This document shows positions 29,182 to 37,994 of a DNA stretch of 64,000 bases, piece after piece. The translations under genes and the position numbers were made by a program. Position 1 is the stretch's first letter, and every line of letters starts with the position of its first letter. Source of the stretch: Opitutales bacterium. Its GTDB lineage: Bacteria; Verrucomicrobiota; Verrucomicrobiia; Opitutales; JAJFLR01. The stretch covers positions 17,621-81,620 of the forward strand of contig JAJFLR010000035.1 of NCBI GenBank assembly GCA_021772565.1, written 5' to 3'. The notes below the pieces were generated by a model. It saw nothing but the letters and a program-made list of their open reading frames with translations. It was not told the origin of the DNA and ran no database searches.

Positions 29182-30720
29182 CTAACTTGTTTTTAAAGGA
29201 AAAAATCGCGCTGGAAGTACAGAGACTGCATACTGTATATTTTTTTTATCCTGCTCGTTAAGAATAAATAAATACAGAGTAAACAAAAAGCAACTGACAC
29301 ATGTAATACCAGCAATTACAAATTCCCCCCAATTATCAATTGTAATATTACTTGTTAAATAGAGCAATATTACAAACGGAAAGACGCTTACCAAAACTAT
29401 CTTTAAAAATATCATAAACGCAGGTTTGGCAGGTATCTTTAAAATTCGACATATGTATGGATAAATAACAGGATTGCCTATAAAAATCGCTGTAATGATT
29501 GTACCCAATAAAGCGCCACCTAAACCAAAGTAAGGAATAAGTAATATGCTTAATAACAAATTCACAATTGTACGAATCGAACCCAATGAATTAAGTATTC
29601 GTAACTTACCGATGCCTCTGAATATATTTACAGCAACCCCTAAAACATCTGTAATATGTACTATCATGTAAACTTGACCCCATATCGCATATTTAGTAAA
29701 CTCTGGCCCTACCCATAAAGTTAAAAACGATGGTAGTAAACAAACAGCAGTTGCTGATAACGGAATTGCAAAAAGCGCACGGTACTTAATTCCCTCATAA
29801 AGAAATTTTTTCAACATTTTTTTATCATTAGATGCATCAATATGATAAATAGCAGATATGTTCGCACCAAGAAATTTACTTATTAATTCGTTTATACTTG
29901 AAAATGCAATAGTCGTGATTTTATATGCGGCAACGCTCTCCAATCCAACCATTCGTCCAAGCAAAATTGAATCAATTTGAATAGACAGCATAGACAGTAA
30001 ACGCGAATAAAACATACCTAAACTATAATTGAACGTTTCTTTTAAGATGCGTAACCAACCCTTTACACGTAGTAATGTTAGCCCTTTTATTCTTGTGTAA
30101 ATAATCCAGCATGTAAAACCAAAGGCAATAAGCGAAATACCACTTTTTGCTAGTTGTAATTGCCACAATGGTTGACCTATATGAACCATAAAAATCAAAA
30201 GTAATGCTGTCGATGAAATTGTTATTGTAGATAACACAACATATATACGATGCAGCATCGCAGCATGTAATAGCATTTGCCCAATTTTCATCGGCCATGT
30301 AATTAAAGCAAAGAAAGCTATTGTCTTAAGAAATTTTTCAGCTTCCGCAACATGCTGACTTGAAACATTGAAAAAAGTGATGAATTCCATACGGAATACA
30401 TATATTAAAAATGAGCATAAAATCCCGATAAAAACTAAAATGGATAAAGCCGCCCAAATTGATCGCGATAACTCACTATAATCATTTACTTCTAAATTAT
30501 GTGATATTTTGCGTTCCAACCCATTGGTAAACCCTAAATCAAATAATCCCATACTACCGGTTATTACCCCGGCTAAAATCCAAATTCCGTATAATTCAAC
30601 ACCGAGATTATGAATAAAAACCGGTATTAGAAAAAAATTGATGAAAAACACAAATCCCCCCATTAGTGTCTGTACAACACTATTCGATATCATTACTTTT
30701 CGATTTACATATTTAGACAC
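29182..30720 (-). CDS. Wzx-type flippase (MOP superfamily polysaccharide biosynthesis protein)
   Basis: 512 aa with about 12-14 hydrophobic helices. The N-terminus VVQTLMGGFVFFINFFLIPVFIHNLGVELYGIW resembles MOP/Wzx proteins. Confidence 0.75.
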   Translation of the reverse strand: MSKYVNRKVMISNSVVQTLMGGFVFFINFFLIPVFIHNLGVELYGIWILAGVITGSMGLFDLGFTNGLERKISHNLEVNDYSELSRSIWAALSILVFIGILCSFLIYVFRMEFITFFNVSSQHVAEAEKFLKTIAFFALITWPMKIGQMLLHAAMLHRIYVVLSTITISSTALLLIFMVHIGQPLWQLQLAKSGISLIAFGFTCWIIYTRIKGLTLLRVKGWLRILKETFNYSLGMFYSRLLSMLSIQIDSILLGRMVGLESVAAYKITTIAFSSINELISKFLGANISAIYHIDASNDKKMLKKFLYEGIKYRALFAIPLSATAVCLLPSFLTLWVGPEFTKYAIWGQVYMIVHITDVLGVAVNIFRGIGKLRILNSLGSIRTIVNLLLSILLIPYFGLGGALLGTIITAIFIGNPVIYPYICRILKIPAKPAFMIFLKIVLVSVFPFVILLYLTSNITIDNWGEFVIAGITCVSCFLFTLYLFILNEQDKKNIQYAVSVLPARFFPLKTS

Positions 30721-30799
30721 TATAGGGAGGTATTAGGTTAAGTTTCTTTAATCTTTAATCTACCAAAAAGTAAGCCGAATGAAATAGAAGTTAAATCAT

Positions 30800-32095
30800 T
30801 CAAACAAGATCAGTGTTTTTTAATTTCTTAATCACTGGTATTAAATCGCCTGCATAGACATTAGTTTTCTCAGCAATAGACAATAGATCATTACTTCCAT
30901 CTGCGTATGCAATAAAGTTCATCATATCACAAATATTCTTCGTCGTTTTCTTTGTGCCAATCGTTGGGAACAATCCTCTTTTACCTAATTGCGGCTCACA
31001 ATTAACTTTCATTTTATATACTTCATTTGCCTCCAATACTTGTAAACACTTCTTTATTACTTGATATCCTCCCTCTAAACCATCTGGAGATATGAATGAC
31101 ATGTCATCCAACGAAGTGTGATACTCGGGATAACATCCGTATTTCGTCCGCATGATTGAGCACACAGGCAGGTTAATACCAGCACTACAGAATTGCCTTT
31201 CATCACTACCGCGTTCCAGATATGAGTAGGATTTATAATTTGAGTCGTGGTAAGAAAGAACATGTCTTGCCACACGATCTGAAAGTGTATTACCACCACG
31301 AGAGGCAAGATAGGAATAAGAACGATTATCTCCAATACAGGTTATCACATATCCGGCTACAGTGTTTTTTTTCATTTTTTCCAGATGACGGCTTAAATAG
31401 ACTATGGAACCAATAGTTTCAGGTACAAAAACGATACGATAAGTATACTTACGTTTGGATAATGAACTTAGCCATTGTGCAAGAGCCAATGTGACCACAG
31501 GTCCAGACAATTCGTTGTTTGCCATTGAGGGGTGACAAATATATGTTGATAGTAAAATTTCCCTTTCAGATTTCCCAGGTAAAATAATTTCCCCATAAGT
31601 CAAATGCCCCGGCTCTAGCGTACTATCAATTTTTACTCGGTATTTTTGTTGCTTCAATTGCTTACGTTGATTTTCTGATAAACAGAATCCCCAACGACGT
31701 TCATAATAGGAAGTAATATATGGTATAGCATCCGGTTGATCAGGAAGAGAGTAAAGATGTTTTTGTAATTCTTCCAAAGTCAATATATTATCAACTGGTT
31801 CTGAGTATCCTACAATGTGAAGATTGTTTTTCTTGAAATCAATGATCCTATTCCCCGATTCATCGGCAACGTACGCGTCATTAATATTCCATTCGTTCGG
31901 AACATTCCAATCAAAAGCTTTAGTTCCTGAAGGCACTTCGTGTATATTTATATCAGAGAGAATTTTTTTTAAATATTTCAATGTTTCCCGCACTCCATTG
32001 CCCGTAATACTACGACATATCGGAAATAAATCATGACAACGAGCGTACATTTCATCACCCAAACTTTTAGTAGTTTCCTTTTTAGCCATTTTCAA
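30800..32095 (-). CDS. DUF2172/DUF4910 aminopeptidase-fold (M28-like) protein
   Basis: 431 aa. MYARCHDLFPICRSITGNGVRETLKYL and ILLSTYICHPSMANNELSGPVV match my recollection of this family, which occurs in glycan loci. Confidence 0.55.
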   Translation of the reverse strand: MKMAKKETTKSLGDEMYARCHDLFPICRSITGNGVRETLKYLKKILSDINIHEVPSGTKAFDWNVPNEWNINDAYVADESGNRIIDFKKNNLHIVGYSEPVDNILTLEELQKHLYSLPDQPDAIPYITSYYERRWGFCLSENQRKQLKQQKYRVKIDSTLEPGHLTYGEIILPGKSEREILLSTYICHPSMANNELSGPVVTLALAQWLSSLSKRKYTYRIVFVPETIGSIVYLSRHLEKMKKNTVAGYVITCIGDNRSYSYLASRGGNTLSDRVARHVLSYHDSNYKSYSYLERGSDERQFCSAGINLPVCSIMRTKYGCYPEYHTSLDDMSFISPDGLEGGYQVIKKCLQVLEANEVYKMKVNCEPQLGKRGLFPTIGTKKTTKNICDMMNFIAYADGSNDLLSIAEKTNVYAGDLIPVIKKLKNTDLV

Positions 32096-32104
32096 ATAAA
32101 CTGC

Positions 32105-33094
32105 CTAAATATTTGATGGCAAAGTAAAGCTGTCATGGTAAAAGTATTTATAATTCATCCACTTATAAAACTCAGATTGTGCATCTGCTTGTTGAAATAG
32201 TGAGAATTCGCTTTTGTATCCAAATTTTTCCATGATTCCACTGAAGTGAAACTCAATTATCATGGCTTCCTCTGGATTAATTCGCTCTCGCCAGCGACCG
32301 ACATTTTTTGCGACTACGGATCGCATTTGCTCCCCTTCAAAATTATTACCAGCAGTTAAATGGTTAAAAACGGTTGGTTTTAGTAAGCACGAATCGAATT
32401 TGATACCTAGAAACGATGTTACTATTTGCATAGACTTCTCAGTAGATTGGGCTATATCTTCAAAACGTAGCACTAAGTAACGATCAGCACCAAAACGCTT
32501 TTTGTTTAGAATGGCCATTCGCATGTCAAGTAGTGCACGGTTAAGTAAGCTTGCAAGTGTAGCTCGATCATTTTCGCCCATTTGACTATAATAATTCTGA
32601 ACACCTGCTTTGAGAGCTGCATAATTGTCTCGAGGATCACGAACTAAATGAATAATCCGTAAATTCGGAAACCATTTGAAAAGTTCAGCTGCATAAATAT
32701 CGGCACTAGTTTCCTTGACGATTGTATAAGGTAAATCATTTTGTTGAACCAAATTACGCCAAGCAGCTGTCATGGACTGGATAACCTGCTTAGGATCACG
32801 GAGGTCATTACCCTCAAGATACGAATAAAAATCATGCCTGAATTTCTCTAAGTCTAAATTTTTGACGCCATGCTTTTCAAGTTTAAGTTTCAAGTTGTCA
32901 ACAATGATCAAATCAAGTCGGGCACGTAATTCGTCATCAGTTCGATGTTCACTGATGAAATATGGGTAATAAGCATATAAAACGGTAATATCCATTGGGT
33001 AACAGCTGATATCAGGATGACCATCGAACAAATTGTGAAACATTGTAGTGCCACATTTACGGTGGCCGGTAAGTAATACTAGTGATTCTCTCAT
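32105..33094 (-). CDS. Sulfotransferase (PAPS-dependent type)
   Basis: 329 aa. 5'-phosphosulfate-binding-like LLTGHRKCGTTMF and 3'-phosphate-binding-like RIIHLVRDPRDNYAAL. Confidence 0.75.
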   Translation of the reverse strand: MRESLVLLTGHRKCGTTMFHNLFDGHPDISCYPMDITVLYAYYPYFISEHRTDDELRARLDLIIVDNLKLKLEKHGVKNLDLEKFRHDFYSYLEGNDLRDPKQVIQSMTAAWRNLVQQNDLPYTIVKETSADIYAAELFKWFPNLRIIHLVRDPRDNYAALKAGVQNYYSQMGENDRATLASLLNRALLDMRMAILNKKRFGADRYLVLRFEDIAQSTEKSMQIVTSFLGIKFDSCLLKPTVFNHLTAGNNFEGEQMRSVVAKNVGRWRERINPEEAMIIEFHFSGIMEKFGYKSEFSLFQQADAQSEFYKWMNYKYFYHDSFTLPSNI

Positions 33095-33121
33095 TGAATA
33101 TATATTATTTGTTGCAGATAT

Positions 33122-33175
33122 TTTTCAACTTGTGATTCCCTTCGGCTTAGCCGGAAGGTGCTGATAGGTTGAAAG
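33122..33175. repeat. Nested inverted repeat with a GC-rich core hairpin
   Basis: Core CCTTCGGCTTAGCCGGAAGG (33139-33158) forms CTTC/GGC..GCC/GAAG arms with one bulged G. Outer arms are TTTCAAC (33122-33128) and GTTGAAA (33168-33174). It lies in the 168-nt gap upstream of the sulfotransferase. Confidence 0.5.
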
Positions 33176-33210
33176 CCTTAGATTTTCAATGTTAATACTT
33201 CTAGATTTTT

Positions 33211-33244
33211 CGTAAAAACATACCTTGTGGTCTCTGCCACAGGG
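33211..33244 (-). terminator. Candidate intrinsic terminator after the SGNH-like gene
   Basis: Minus strand reads CCCTGTGG-CAGAGA-CCACAAGG (7 of 8 pairs) followed by TATGTTTTTACG. It begins 19 nt after the stop at 33263. Confidence 0.4.
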
Positions 33245-33262
33245 TTATGATTAACAGGCAAA

Positions 33263-34318
33263 TCAAAAAAATTTACCTTTTAGGAGTATTGAAAGACCAT
33301 TCTCATTCAGATGCATACCGTCATAGAAATGTTTATTACTCAAACTAAAACGAGCAGGATTTAAGCCGCCAGTCACAACAATATTATGACTTTGAGCAAC
33401 CTCTCGGATATACTCATCAAGTTTTATTATAATTTGATATTTAGAATTTGATGCAAGAAAATCATAAACAGCAGGTGGATAAGGAATCATGATAAATTCT
33501 ACTTCAATACTTTCTGAAAGCATACGATTAATAAACATCTCGAAATTCTGAACATTTCTTTTTTCAAATGAATTGTAGTTTTCCAAAGAATATATTTCAC
33601 CTTGAATATATGAATTTATACGATCTTGAACTTCTTCAAGCGAAACGAATTTCATTTTAGCAGAAACTCTTCTTCCATCATTTAAGCGAAAAACTGTATT
33701 CACCTTACTACCGTAATTTTTAACAGGAATAGGTTTTGCATGATTGTCGTTAAAAATTCTATTCTGCAACATCTTAAGAGAAGACTGAAAATATGAGGGC
33801 GAAAAAAGCTGCCCATATTTCACCCAATTTGTTGTATGTACCGCATTTATATTAAAAAAGGAGTCGAATTCTCTTTCTAAGGATTTCCATCTATCCTGGC
33901 CGTTATTCTTATTGAATATCCAAGGGTCGATTCCAATTACGATTTTCTTAGGCATATCATTCTTACTTTTATACATTTGATATATTGCAATCATATCTTC
34001 AATTGAACAACCAGACACCCCGTTATTGAATATACGTTTATCTGAATAGTTAGAACCGATAAGCTTTATTCTACTTGAGCCAATAACTATCACTTCAGGT
34101 ACCGACTGTGATAGCATTAAGATATTTTTTTGCAATTTTCTCTCATCTATATTAGGTACGTTTTTAACGTTATATCCTTCAGTTAAGTATTTTGCTATTT
34201 GGTATTCAACTCCTGATTTTGAAAAAATATTTGCTGCATCACCAAACCAGTTAACAAATAAAAAGATAAATAAAATCGAGATCATAAAGACCAGGTTTTT
34301 AATTATAAATGCTTTCAT
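33263..34318 (-). CDS. Membrane-anchored SGNH/DltD/AlgX-like acyl-transfer partner of the MBOAT protein
   Basis: 351 aa. N-terminal helix (IIKNLVFMISILFIFLFV), candidate catalytic Ser in VIVIGSSRIKLIG, and DxxH in HFYDGMHLNENG. Its start lies 11 nt after the stop of the MBOAT gene, which is upstream on the minus strand. Confidence 0.45.
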   Translation of the reverse strand: MKAFIIKNLVFMISILFIFLFVNWFGDAANIFSKSGVEYQIAKYLTEGYNVKNVPNIDERKLQKNILMLSQSVPEVIVIGSSRIKLIGSNYSDKRIFNNGVSGCSIEDMIAIYQMYKSKNDMPKKIVIGIDPWIFNKNNGQDRWKSLEREFDSFFNINAVHTTNWVKYGQLFSPSYFQSSLKMLQNRIFNDNHAKPIPVKNYGSKVNTVFRLNDGRRVSAKMKFVSLEEVQDRINSYIQGEIYSLENYNSFEKRNVQNFEMFINRMLSESIEVEFIMIPYPPAVYDFLASNSKYQIIIKLDEYIREVAQSHNIVVTGGLNPARFSLSNKHFYDGMHLNENGLSILLKGKFF

Positions 34319-34329
34319 CAGTTATCGAT

Positions 34330-35781
34330 TCAAAATTGAAAATATATAAAAGAATTTTCTTTAAAATTGCCAAAAACCAATATAGTAAGAACTATCAAAT
34401 AAGCTACCCCCCATCTCAATATTCTACTTCTTATAATAAACGACTTTTCAATCGCATATTGTTGTTCTCTGCCAACCCACTCAATTATTATAAAAAAGAT
34501 TACTAGAATAATTGTGCTTATTGCTCCACTTCTTCCAGCAAAATCAGGTAATGTAAAAAGTGAAATGGAAAATATTCCTGAAAGATAACTAAAAGCTTGT
34601 GATACTGATTCGGCTCTAAAAAATACCCATGCAATTAATGTTATAAAAAACGTAATTCCAATTTGGTATACTTCCTTAAAATTTGGAAAAATTCTTCCCT
34701 CAGCAACAGTATTTGTATTATCCCTATTTTTCTTCCTTAACATTAAAGGAAGAAAGCATATAGCATTCAAAGCACCCCAAGCAATAAATGTCCAGTTTGC
34801 TCCATGCCAAAACCCACTTAAAACAAAAATTACAAAAATATTACGGATTTTAATCCATGTTTCACCACGACTTCCACCAAGCGGAATATAAACATAGTCT
34901 CTAAACCATGTTGACAGAGAAATGTGCCATCTTCGCCAAAACTCTGCAATATCTCTCGAGAAATAAGGAAACGCAAAGTTCCTCATCAATTTGAAACCAA
35001 ACAGACGAGATGTCCCAATAGCAATATCAGAATAACCTGAGAAATCTCCATAAATCTGAATTGCGAAAAAGAAGGCTCCCAATAGTAATGTGCTTCCGGA
35101 ATAATTTTGATAATTTGCAAAAATGTCATTTGCATATATAGCGCAATTGTCTGCAATTACAACTTTCTTAAATAACCCCCAAAGAATTTGCCGCATACCG
35201 TCTACAGCTTTTGCATAATCAAATCTTCTACTCTTGTAAAATTGAGGCAGAAGATTTGTGGCTCTTTCAATTGGACCTGCAACTAATTGAGGAAAGAAAC
35301 TAACAAATGTAAAAAATGAAATTATGTCGCTTGTTGGTTTCAGCTTTCGTTTATAAACATCAATTGTGTAGCTAAGTGTTTGAAAGGTATAAAAACTTAT
35401 TCCAACCGGCAAAACAATATTCAGACCCTGTCGATTTATTGAATATCCAAACCAGCTAAATGCTTCAACAAAGTTATCAATGAAAAAATTGTGGTATTTA
35501 AAGAATCCTAAAAATCCCAAATTAACAAAAATACTTATCAATAGAAGTATTTTTCTTTTTCGTTTACCATCTGTTTTTGATAAGCTTATTCCAACATAAT
35601 AATCAACAAATGAACTAAAAACTATTAATGAAAGGAATCGCCAATCCCACCAGCTATAGAAAATATAACTGGAAATAAGGATTAAAGAATTTTGGAGTTT
35701 TAGATTTTTATTTATTACAAACCAATAGAGAATGAATATAATTGGTATGAATATAGCAAAATCAATGGAGTTAAATAACAT
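34330..35781 (-). CDS. MBOAT-family O-acyltransferase (AlgI/DltB-like)
   Basis: 483 aa, polytopic. FWRRWHISLSTWFRDYVYIPLGGSRG (conserved His) and SGFWHGANWTFIAWG. Confidence 0.85.
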   Translation of the reverse strand: MLFNSIDFAIFIPIIFILYWFVINKNLKLQNSLILISSYIFYSWWDWRFLSLIVFSSFVDYYVGISLSKTDGKRKRKILLLISIFVNLGFLGFFKYHNFFIDNFVEAFSWFGYSINRQGLNIVLPVGISFYTFQTLSYTIDVYKRKLKPTSDIISFFTFVSFFPQLVAGPIERATNLLPQFYKSRRFDYAKAVDGMRQILWGLFKKVVIADNCAIYANDIFANYQNYSGSTLLLGAFFFAIQIYGDFSGYSDIAIGTSRLFGFKLMRNFAFPYFSRDIAEFWRRWHISLSTWFRDYVYIPLGGSRGETWIKIRNIFVIFVLSGFWHGANWTFIAWGALNAICFLPLMLRKKNRDNTNTVAEGRIFPNFKEVYQIGITFFITLIAWVFFRAESVSQAFSYLSGIFSISLFTLPDFAGRSGAISTIILVIFFIIIEWVGREQQYAIEKSFIIRSRILRWGVAYLIVLTILVFGNFKENSFIYFQF

Positions 35782-35920
35782 GAGCTAAGATCAAATGTAG
35801 TCTTGAAATATCCTTTTGAAATGTAATTCCGCACTATCAGTATTAGTGTCCTTCGTCCTAAACAGGAGCTTATATAACCAAGTGATTCTTCAGCTTTAAG
35901 GGCGCGCAATATCCAATGGG

Positions 35921-36718
35921 TTACAATTCCCGAAGCTTTCCCTCTTCGTTTTTAAAATAGAGTTTTGCCTTTTCTTCTGTTCTTTGTCGGTACTCATCGT
36001 CAAGTCCGTTATTAATCTTCATCAGATTTGGATTGGATTTCAAGTATTCAATCAGTTCGCGAAGATCGAATATTTTGTCTTCGACGTACAATGCTTCGAT
36101 GATTTTTGTGAAAAACTCAAAATCTTCATCGTAGTCGAGTGTCAGGCGTGCTTCGTCAAGAATATGGTCAGGGCTCTTGGGTTGAATCGTACCTACTTTG
36201 CACAAACCGGTTTTGGAAAAGAAATAACAGAAACCTGTATCATTCTTTTCAGTTTTATAATGAGCAAATACTTTATCCATTGCCTGACGAGTGAAACTTT
36301 TTGAGTTGATACCGAGTGGAAGTCCCTCTGAAAAGACGTATTCGAGCGAATCATTCTCAATAAGGGCATTTAAGGTCAAATCCATATACTCTGTGTCACA
36401 CAGCGGATCATCACCATCGACTTGAATTACAGCATCAAAGCCAAATGCTCGAAAAGCGTCGTAAAAACGTTTGATTATGTCGTGAGTGCTTCCTCTAAAA
36501 ACACTGGCACCATAGTTTTCGACAACGTCAACCAAGGTATCATCACTTGAATCATGTGTTGTGCATACAACAACATCTTTTTTATCGACATACTGGCTTG
36601 CACAGATTCGATCCAGTAGGTGATATACAACCGGTCGATTGCAGATGTATTTCAAGGCCTTGCCCGGCAAACGTTCCGACCCAAGTCTTATTGGTACTAA
36701 TGCACCAAGTTTTTTCAT
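35921..36718 (-). CDS. Cytidylyltransferase (CMP-nonulosonate synthetase / SpsF-like)
   Basis: 265 aa. ALVPIRLGSERLPGKALKYICNRPVVYHLLDRI is typical of the acylneuraminate-cytidylyltransferase fold. Confidence 0.7.
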   Translation of the reverse strand: MKKLGALVPIRLGSERLPGKALKYICNRPVVYHLLDRICASQYVDKKDVVVCTTHDSSDDTLVDVVENYGASVFRGSTHDIIKRFYDAFRAFGFDAVIQVDGDDPLCDTEYMDLTLNALIENDSLEYVFSEGLPLGINSKSFTRQAMDKVFAHYKTEKNDTGFCYFFSKTGLCKVGTIQPKSPDHILDEARLTLDYDEDFEFFTKIIEALYVEDKIFDLRELIEYLKSNPNLMKINNGLDDEYRQRTEEKAKLYFKNEEGKLREL

Positions 36719-36726
36719 TTTAATTT

Positions 36727-37923
36727 TCAGCCGAAAAATTCGATAGTTTTTCTTAAAGCCTCAAGTCTTGGCTTGGCTTCTTCAATTGATCCGTAATTAT
36801 TGACAAACTGCATGAGCTTGGGCTGAATTTCCTCAGCAACCGGGCAAATACCTCTCGGAAATTCGATATCGTTATATATAATCGGGCATCTTTTCTTATA
36901 TTCTTTGGAAGTAATAAGCGTTTCTTCATAGGACAATGCCCAAGCTGCATATATGCCATCGCCACCAAAGTCCATATATTTATCGCGAAAATCGTACCAC
37001 GAAACGTCGTCACGCTCATATTTGATAGTATAACACCAAAACGTATTGAGCCATCCTTCAGGTGTTTTCTGTGGAATTAGATAGTCACATTCAGCCACTA
37101 TACCTTCATACATTTCGGCCACTTTAAGATGTAGGTCGATAAAAAAATCCATCCGTTCAGTTTGCGCCAATCCCATTGCAGCTGCAACTTCGGGCATTCT
37201 GTAATTATATCCGAAAGCGTCGTGACGTTTATGTTTAGGATCTTGAAAATCCTTCTTCTTCAACCTCACCTGGCCACTCTCAGATGTCATAGAAGCATAT
37301 CCCAGACTTCCGAATTTTCTCATTTTCACAGCAAAACCTTCATCATCAGTAACAACGATTCCACCATCACCAGTAGTAATGTGTTTAGAGTTTTCCGTAC
37401 TGTAACTGGTTATATGTGCACATTGAGCAATAGGATTGCCTTTGTAGGTAGCCATATGCGCTTCCGCTGCATCATTTATAACTATTAGATTATGCTTTTC
37501 AGCCAATTCCATCAATGGGTCAAGATCACAGGAAAGGCCATAGAGCGATACAGGCATGATTGCTTTTGTTTTATGAGTAATTTTTTTTGCAACGTCCTCT
37601 GGATCTATATTGAATGTATCTCTGTCAACATCGGCAAAAACTGGGATTGCATTTTGAGCAAGCACAACATCCAAATTACTAATTACAGTAAGAGGAGGAA
37701 AAATCACTTCGTCTCCGGCTTCAACTCCTGCCGCTTCAAGTGCTGCGTGCAAAGTAGAAGTGCCGGAGTTAAATGTTATCGCATATTTTACCCCAACTTT
37801 TTCAGCAAATGCCTGTTCAAAACGTTTACACATCGAGCCGGATGTAGAAGAGCCAAAGCCCGAATCTAATACCTCCCTAATATACCCTAATTCCTTCTCA
37901 CCGAAACGCCATTTATTTTTCAT
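36727..37923 (-). CDS. DegT/DnrJ/EryC1/StrS-family aminotransferase
   Basis: 398 aa. FNSGTSTLHAALEAAGVEAGDEVIFPP and PLP-lysine region YSTENSKHITTGDGGIVVTDD. Confidence 0.8.
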   Translation of the reverse strand: MKNKWRFGEKELGYIREVLDSGFGSSTSGSMCKRFEQAFAEKVGVKYAITFNSGTSTLHAALEAAGVEAGDEVIFPPLTVISNLDVVLAQNAIPVFADVDRDTFNIDPEDVAKKITHKTKAIMPVSLYGLSCDLDPLMELAEKHNLIVINDAAEAHMATYKGNPIAQCAHITSYSTENSKHITTGDGGIVVTDDEGFAVKMRKFGSLGYASMTSESGQVRLKKKDFQDPKHKRHDAFGYNYRMPEVAAAMGLAQTERMDFFIDLHLKVAEMYEGIVAECDYLIPQKTPEGWLNTFWCYTIKYERDDVSWYDFRDKYMDFGGDGIYAAWALSYEETLITSKEYKKRCPIIYNDIEFPRGICPVAEEIQPKLMQFVNNYGSIEEAKPRLEALRKTIEFFG

Positions 37924-37994
37924 AATGAAAACTTTCTATTATTTATAATCCTGATAAAAATTCTTAATTTTTTACGAGACGACTATGAATTCGC

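Noticed and set aside
35715-35909. 64-aa minus-strand ORF in the spacer between cytidylyltransferase and MBOAT genes
   Set aside because: It overlaps the MBOAT start by 67 nt in another frame, has no motif and is of chance length for this composition.
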